The position numbers and the translations under genes are program-made. A DNA stretch of 30,300 nucleotides from Candidatus Hermodarchaeota archaeon (GTDB lineage: Archaea; Asgardarchaeota; Hermodarchaeia; Hermodarchaeales; Hermodarchaeaceae): NCBI GenBank assembly GCA_016840065.1, contig JAEOTB010000073.1, forward strand, positions 1-30,300. Direction: 5' to 3'. Below, piece by piece: positions 25,483 through 30,300 of this stretch; position 1 is the stretch's first letter; each line of letters begins with the position of its first letter. The notes beneath the pieces were generated by a model. The model saw only the letters and a list, made by a program, of their open reading frames with translations, had not been told where the DNA came from and ran no database searches.

Positions 25483-26121
25483 ATTAGCAAAGTAACACTC
25501 GTCTGCACGAACCTGCACGGAGAAGAGAAACTAGTAGAGATAGACGCGGCTATCGAGGAGCTGAGATTAAACCTCTCCTCCATCGTATCAATAGACCTGA
25601 CACCCCTCAGCCAGTGCCTCAATTTAAGAATTCTTCAGCTTATTAGAAATGAGCTGCGAAGTGTCGATCTTTCTCCCCTGAGTAAATGCACAAATCTTCA
25701 ATGGCTAAACCTTGACGACAATCAGTTGCCTAGTGTCGACCTCACACCCCTCAGCCAATGCACAAAGCTAGACTTTCTAGGGCTTTCTAGCAATCAGTTG
25801 CCTAGCGTCGACCTCACACCCCTCCAAGGACTCCCCAACCTGACACAACTCAACCTTCGTGGGAACCAGTTAGAGACTATCGACCTCACACCCCTCCAAG
25901 GCCTCCCCAACCTCCAAAATCTTTGGTTCAATGGGAACCAGATCCTGGAGATAGACCTCTCACCACTATTTACCTGTCCCAAGCTTATTGAATTAAGTCT
26001 AGATGAATCAGTGACTGTGACAGCCCGGCCTGACCTGCAGGGAGCATCTCCAATACCTGAAGCGCTACAGGCAATGGTGGAGAATGGCAGAACTGAGTGG
26101 CGACCGAGTACAAAGGAGTAG
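25483..26121 (+). CDS. Leucine-rich repeat protein with apparent ATT start (212 aa)
   Basis: The frame is open from 25417. LRR units and the family N-cap lie upstream of the ORF-track start at 25726. GGAGG ends 8 nt before ATT 25483. Confidence 0.8.
   Translation: MSKVTLVCTNLHGEEKLVEIDAAIEELRLNLSSIVSIDLTPLSQCLNLRILQLIRNELRSVDLSPLSKCTNLQWLNLDDNQLPSVDLTPLSQCTKLDFLGLSSNQLPSVDLTPLQGLPNLTQLNLRGNQLETIDLTPLQGLPNLQNLWFNGNQILEIDLSPLFTCPKLIELSLDESVTVTARPDLQGASPIPEALQAMVENGRTEWRPSTKE
25719..25913 (+). repeat. 72-bp-period near-identical nucleotide repeats within the LRR gene
   Basis: CAATCAGTTGCCTAGYGTCGACCTCACACCCCTC at 25719 and 25791; CGACCTCACACCCCTCCAAGGMCTCCCCAACCT at 25809 and 25881. Confidence 0.8.
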
Positions 26122-26310
26122 CAACGCCAGTGACCTTGAAGGACTGGAAGGTGGTTACAAAGAAGTCCTGGCAAGGGTTCGTCCTTTCTGGGTTTTTCCT
26201 TTGCCTGTGGTGCTTCCCCTTGAGTTTATTCTAGTTATTTGGTTGTGGAAAACCTCTTAATCTATTAGGGTTCATAGTGTTGTTGTCTTCATCTCCCATG
26301 GTGGGATGCT

Positions 26311-27705
26311 TTGCCCGCGGAATCTGTTACCCTCTATTATAAGACGCATAGTGGAGAAACGCTCCAGAAGGTCTTCTCAGCGGATGCAGAAATCATTCTA
26401 CTTTCAGGTCTGGGGATTACTTCGATTGACCTATCCCCCTTGCAGCAATGCTCTAGGTTACGGGAACTTCACATCACTTCCAATTGGATGGAGTACGTTA
26501 CACTGGAACCTCTCCAGCATTGTACCAAGCTTGAATTGCTCTCCCTCTCACTGAACAGACTCCTAGAAGTTGATCTATCTCCCCTTGCCCAGTGCCCTGA
26601 GTTCCTGTGGCTGAACCTTGAGAGAAACTGGCTACAACAGGTAGATATCTCTCCCCTCTTTCTCTGCCCAAAGTTTGCGGTGCTTGAAGTGGATTTCGAT
26701 GTGGAGCTAATAGCGGACCCCCAGCTCCTAGAAATGAAGCACGTACCTGAAGGACTGAAGGGCTTTCTTAGTAGAATAAAGGTTCAGGAGATGGGCATCC
26801 CATCAGAGTTCCTGGTAGGGCGTATACAACAGGTTTTAGAGCTGTTCCAGAAACTTCCTGCTGAACAGCTTGTAGAGCTGCTCCACTTCCCAGACGTAGA
26901 CACTCTACTGAAATGGGTTAACAGTCTACCTGGTGATTTCCCCATAATAATGGAGGAGAACGAAGTGAACATACTATCAGACACCTTACCTGATGAGGCC
27001 CGCCGGGCGATATTAGAGAATCCTGTTTCGGGGAGTCCCTCAACAACACGACCCAACCAGGATGCCAAACTGGAGCTGGGTGTGGGTGTGGGGTTCAAAC
27101 AGAAGTTATCCGAAGAGAGCCTGCTCCGTTGGGTTCGCGACGCAATGACTTCTCATGAGGAGAGCCGTTATCGCCACGCAGCCATCGAAGGATGGACGGT
27201 GCTAGAATCCCTTCTTGGTATCCTATTTCGTGTCTACTTCAAGGAGTCAAAGCCGCTTCACCTGTCCTATCTTCAGATGATCCAGTATATGGCCCCTTAT
27301 CTGCCTGAGGATGGTGTGATTCTGTCTTTGTTGAATCAAGCCTTTAGTATTCGGAACAGGATTTTCATTGGGTCAGATGATCCCACATCTGCTGCAGCAG
27401 AGCAGATTATCGAAGCATCCTTGGAACTGTACTCTAAACTTGATGCGCTTATGGTCCAACCAGAACCGCCTAGCGAACCAGTTGAGAGGGCAGTGACAAG
27501 ACCGGTTGAAACAAGGTCTGTCGGAGTAGGTTATAGTCCGCCACGTACGCATGCCCGTCGTGTAGGGCAGCAAAGGATATCCACTCCTTGTTGTGAGGTT
27601 GAATATGATTTTGAGCGGCTGGTTAATTGGGTCAGGTCTAAGGGAACTTGCCCAGAGTGCAACAGCCCCCTGGTTATCCGCCGGGACCAGGTGGTAAAAC
27701 TCTAG
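26311..27705 (+). CDS. LRR + winged-helix-like + HEPN-like + degenerate RING-like protein
   Basis: N-terminal LRRs. Helical domain YRHAAIEGWTVLE...IRNRIF. C-terminus TPCC..YDFERLVNW..CPEC. Confidence 0.85.
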   Translation: MPAESVTLYYKTHSGETLQKVFSADAEIILLSGLGITSIDLSPLQQCSRLRELHITSNWMEYVTLEPLQHCTKLELLSLSLNRLLEVDLSPLAQCPEFLWLNLERNWLQQVDISPLFLCPKFAVLEVDFDVELIADPQLLEMKHVPEGLKGFLSRIKVQEMGIPSEFLVGRIQQVLELFQKLPAEQLVELLHFPDVDTLLKWVNSLPGDFPIIMEENEVNILSDTLPDEARRAILENPVSGSPSTTRPNQDAKLELGVGVGFKQKLSEESLLRWVRDAMTSHEESRYRHAAIEGWTVLESLLGILFRVYFKESKPLHLSYLQMIQYMAPYLPEDGVILSLLNQAFSIRNRIFIGSDDPTSAAAEQIIEASLELYSKLDALMVQPEPPSEPVERAVTRPVETRSVGVGYSPPRTHARRVGQQRISTPCCEVEYDFERLVNWVRSKGTCPECNSPLVIRRDQVVKL

Positions 27706-27770
27706 ATGTCGTGATTGGAAAAGCCTTTATGCCGTGTTCAACTCTAATAATTTTAGGAGGATTACCTCTT

Positions 27771-29135
27771 TTGGATGTGGTGCTTTCCTATTCAACTCGT
27801 CGCAAAACCCGCAGTATTACTTTACCCGAGACAGTGTATTTAATTAGACTCCAAGGGAAGGGAATCACAGCAATTGATCTTTCACCCTTGAAGCACCTGC
27901 TTAACCTCCAAGAATTATCCCTTGCTAATAACAGCATCACTGTACTATACATGGAACCACTGAAGCATTGTTGGTACATCGAAAGATTGTGGCTCCGTAA
28001 GAACAAGCTCAAGACCCTCGACCTTTCTCCTCTCCGCTTCTGCAAGAGCTTACAACTACTAGACATTGAAAAGAACAACATTGAACGACTTGATGTTACT
28101 CCTTTATTCGCCTGCACAAAACTCCTTGTCCTTGATATTGACAAGAATGTAGAATTAATCGCCAACTCTAGATATAAGGACAGTTCGAACATCCCTCAAG
28201 CTCTAGAAAAGTTTATTGACAGGATTACATGGGTAGACTTTGATGAAATCCTTGATTTCAGGCTAGCCCGGCTAAAGCTTGTGCTAGAGCTTTATGAGGT
28301 GCTGCGCCTTGAGCATATGGCTGAACTGCTTCGTTTTCCCGACCCAGAGGTATTGGATATCTGGCTAGAGAAATTACCAGATACACTCCCCCTAGAAATT
28401 AGGGGGGGCGAGGTGAGCGTCCTCTCTAGCGAGTTGCCCAAAGAGGTTGAGGAGTATTTCCAAACAGGCGCTTTGGTTGAAGAGTTGAACCCAAGTTCGC
28501 AGTATGATTTTTTGGGTGACAAGGAAGGGGGCTCGGGAATAGGAGTGATTTACAAGAGACGGCTGCCTGAGCAGAGTATCTTCCAGTTGATGCGGGATGC
28601 GGCAGCCTCCCATGATGCGGAGTGCTGGCGTCATGCAGCGATAGAAGGGTGGACGGTGATTGAAGCCCTTTTAAGTGCTATATATGAGAAGCATTTCGGG
28701 GAGCCAAAACCCATCGAGCTATCGTACACGAAGGTTATCCGGAAAATAAAACCACATCTTCCCTGGGAGAAGTTATCTGAGGGAATGCTGCTGAAGTCAC
28801 TTAAGGCGAGGAATGACATCTACCCTGCATCAGAGGATCCGGACCCCGAAGATGCTGAGATGATTATCGCCGTGGCTATGCAGTTATGTGGCTATTTGAA
28901 TGTGGAACTTGATGAGCTGACGCCCAAGGGAGTTCGTCTTCTGAGAGTTGCTGCCAGCAAACCCTGTCCAATCTGTAACAGGGAGATGAGAGCTGGCCAG
29001 AGAACTACCAGGTGCCCTAACTGTGGCATTAATTGTCATTTAGAGCATCTAACACGATATGTGAAAACGAATGGGTTTTGTCCGAACTGTCGCAAAGCCC
29101 TTGTCATGCGGCGTGGGGCAATAGAAGCATTGTAG
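27771..29135 (+). CDS. LRR + winged-helix-like + HEPN-like + RING-like protein (paralog)
   Basis: Colinear with 26311..27705, with WRHAAIEGWTVIE...ARNDIYP and CPIC-x12-CPNC-x4-HLEH..CPNC. TTG 27771 after AGGAGG removes the overlap seen with the 27648 start. Confidence 0.86.
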   Translation: MDVVLSYSTRRKTRSITLPETVYLIRLQGKGITAIDLSPLKHLLNLQELSLANNSITVLYMEPLKHCWYIERLWLRKNKLKTLDLSPLRFCKSLQLLDIEKNNIERLDVTPLFACTKLLVLDIDKNVELIANSRYKDSSNIPQALEKFIDRITWVDFDEILDFRLARLKLVLELYEVLRLEHMAELLRFPDPEVLDIWLEKLPDTLPLEIRGGEVSVLSSELPKEVEEYFQTGALVEELNPSSQYDFLGDKEGGSGIGVIYKRRLPEQSIFQLMRDAAASHDAECWRHAAIEGWTVIEALLSAIYEKHFGEPKPIELSYTKVIRKIKPHLPWEKLSEGMLLKSLKARNDIYPASEDPDPEDAEMIIAVAMQLCGYLNVELDELTPKGVRLLRVAASKPCPICNREMRAGQRTTRCPNCGINCHLEHLTRYVKTNGFCPNCRKALVMRRGAIEAL

Positions 29136-29172
29136 GCATAGGCTAGGAAGAACTTGAAGTGTCTTCATTTTC

Positions 29173-29197
29173 GGTTGTGAGATATAGTGGCACAACC
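29173..29197. repeat. Palindrome GGTTGTG-N11-CACAACC, copy 2
   Basis: Same arms and spacer length as 6268..6292. Confidence 0.6.
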
Positions 29198-29368
29198 TAT
29201 CCTAACAGAGAACCAATAACCAACAAATCCAGGTACAGACCATCTCAGGAATGAGGATGAGGAAAAATCCAATACCTTACTCGAAAAGGGAAGACTAAAT
29301 AAGAGCATCACTGTAGAGTTCTTGGTCCTTCCGAGCTAGATGATTAGTAGCAGTGGTGGAAAGAACAA

Positions 29369-30300
29369 ATGGCATCCAGAAAGGTTCAAGAACTCTTCTA
29401 CAAAGGCATGGCCTTCTTAGAGCTCAAGAGTATCAGGTGGGCAGTCGAGCACCTGCAAAAAGCCATCGACATCGACCCAGAACATGTGCCCTCCCTATAC
29501 GCCCTTGGTAGAGCCCAGTATAAAGTTGGAGACCTTGATCAGGCCATCGAGTGTTTCCAAAGAGTGGTCGCCCTCAAGTCCAAGGACCAGTTCGCCTGGT
29601 TCGGACTAGCTATAGCCCATCACGATGACGGCAGCTACAAAGAGGCTGTCGAAGCCTATAACAGAGGCTTGAAAATCAACCCATACAATGAGATTGGCTG
29701 GCTCTGGCTAAGTGTGGTGCACCACGAGAACAAAAAATACAAACTAGCTATCAAGGCCTGCAAGAAAGCCTTGGACCTAAATCCTGACAACCTGGATGGT
29801 TGGGTCTTACTGGGAACCATCCATCAAGAAACTAAAGATTTCGACAATGCCCTGGATGCCTACCAGAAGGCTCTTGCCCTCAATCCTGATAGTGCGAAGT
29901 CCTGGGCTGCTCTTGGATCCCTACACACTGAGAAGAGCGAGTTTGTCCAAGCGATCGAAGCTTATCTCAACTCCCTTGCCATTAATCCAAGGGACGAGCA
30001 TTCCTGGTATAATGTTGGCTCAATCCACATTAGAACTCGTGACTTTGAACAAGCAGTCGAAGCCTTTGAGAAAGCTACAGTAATAAATCCCAAAGATGAG
30101 CGCTCCTGGTTTGGGTTAGGCGTTGCACTACATGAGAAGGGAGATTTCCCAGAAGCTGTAGAAGCCTTCCAAAACGCTGTAACCCTTCACTCCAAATATC
30201 CCCTGGCTTGGTTCCGGCTTGGGCTGGCACACCATTACAGCGAGAATTTGCCTGAAGCCATCAAGGCCTATAAGGAAACCCTAATACTCGACCCAGACAA
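29369..30300 (+). CDS. TPR protein (34-aa canonical repeats), 3'-truncated by the window edge; missing from the ORF track
   Basis: ATG 29369 opens MASRKVQELFYKGMAFLELKSIRWAVEHLQKAIDIDPEHVPSLYALGRAQYKVGDLDQAIECFQRVV... and the frame stays open to the end. Confidence 0.9.
   Translation, partial: MASRKVQELFYKGMAFLELKSIRWAVEHLQKAIDIDPEHVPSLYALGRAQYKVGDLDQAIECFQRVVALKSKDQFAWFGLAIAHHDDGSYKEAVEAYNRGLKINPYNEIGWLWLSVVHHENKKYKLAIKACKKALDLNPDNLDGWVLLGTIHQETKDFDNALDAYQKALALNPDSAKSWAALGSLHTEKSEFVQAIEAYLNSLAINPRDEHSWYNVGSIHIRTRDFEQAVEAFEKATVINPKDERSWFGLGVALHEKGDFPEAVEAFQNAVTLHSKYPLAWFRLGLAHHYSENLPEAIKAYKETLILDPD

Noticed and set aside
25719-25913. 72-bp periodic repeats as a possible CRISPR array
   Set aside because: They are in-frame 24-codon LRR units with no unique spacers and no cas genes.
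27648-27770. Pro/Gly-rich N-terminal extension and 58-bp overlap between the two LRR-HEPN genes
   Set aside because: This is an artefact of longest-ORF calling. TTG 27771 has an AGGAGG SD and aligns with the paralog N-termini.
476-30083. Many short antisense or alternate-frame ORFs in the track (e.g. 476..775, 1937..2359, 6014..6397, 24411..24851, 27788..28192, 29796..30083)
   Set aside because: They lie within well-supported genes and show shadow-ORF composition. 29796..30083 is out of frame with the real TPR gene starting at 29369.

Overview
This is a gene-dense window packed with eukaryotic-signature proteins. It most likely comes from an Asgard archaeon, an inference from Rab-like GTPases, longin domains, a TPR-longin fusion, RING-like fingers and archaeal-type FKBPs, with no introns. 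From left to right it contains: the 3' part of an HtrA protease; a paralogous block of HEAT-repeat/zinc-finger and TPR genes; and a minus-strand run with a 14-blade WD40 protein carrying a C-terminal transmembrane hairpin, a hypothetical protein, and four Rab-like GTPases, two of them translationally coupled to longin-domain proteins. Next come a lipid/acyl-CoA cluster (PaaK-like ligase, a fused acyl-CoA dehydrogenase-SCP2-MaoC protein, a divergent aldehyde dehydrogenase), a TPR-longin protein, two FKBPs lacking the IF domain, and four LRR paralogs. One LRR gene apparently starts at ATT, and two carry a winged-helix-like/HEPN-like/RING-like tail. A TPR gene runs off the right edge. The best candidates for undescribed systems are the longin-Rab-WD40(TM) module, the LRR-HEPN-RING and HEAT-RING putative E3 family, and the ACAD-SCP2-MaoC fusion. 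I saw no rRNA, tRNA, CRISPR array or transposase. All domain calls are motif recognition by eye; no database searches were run.
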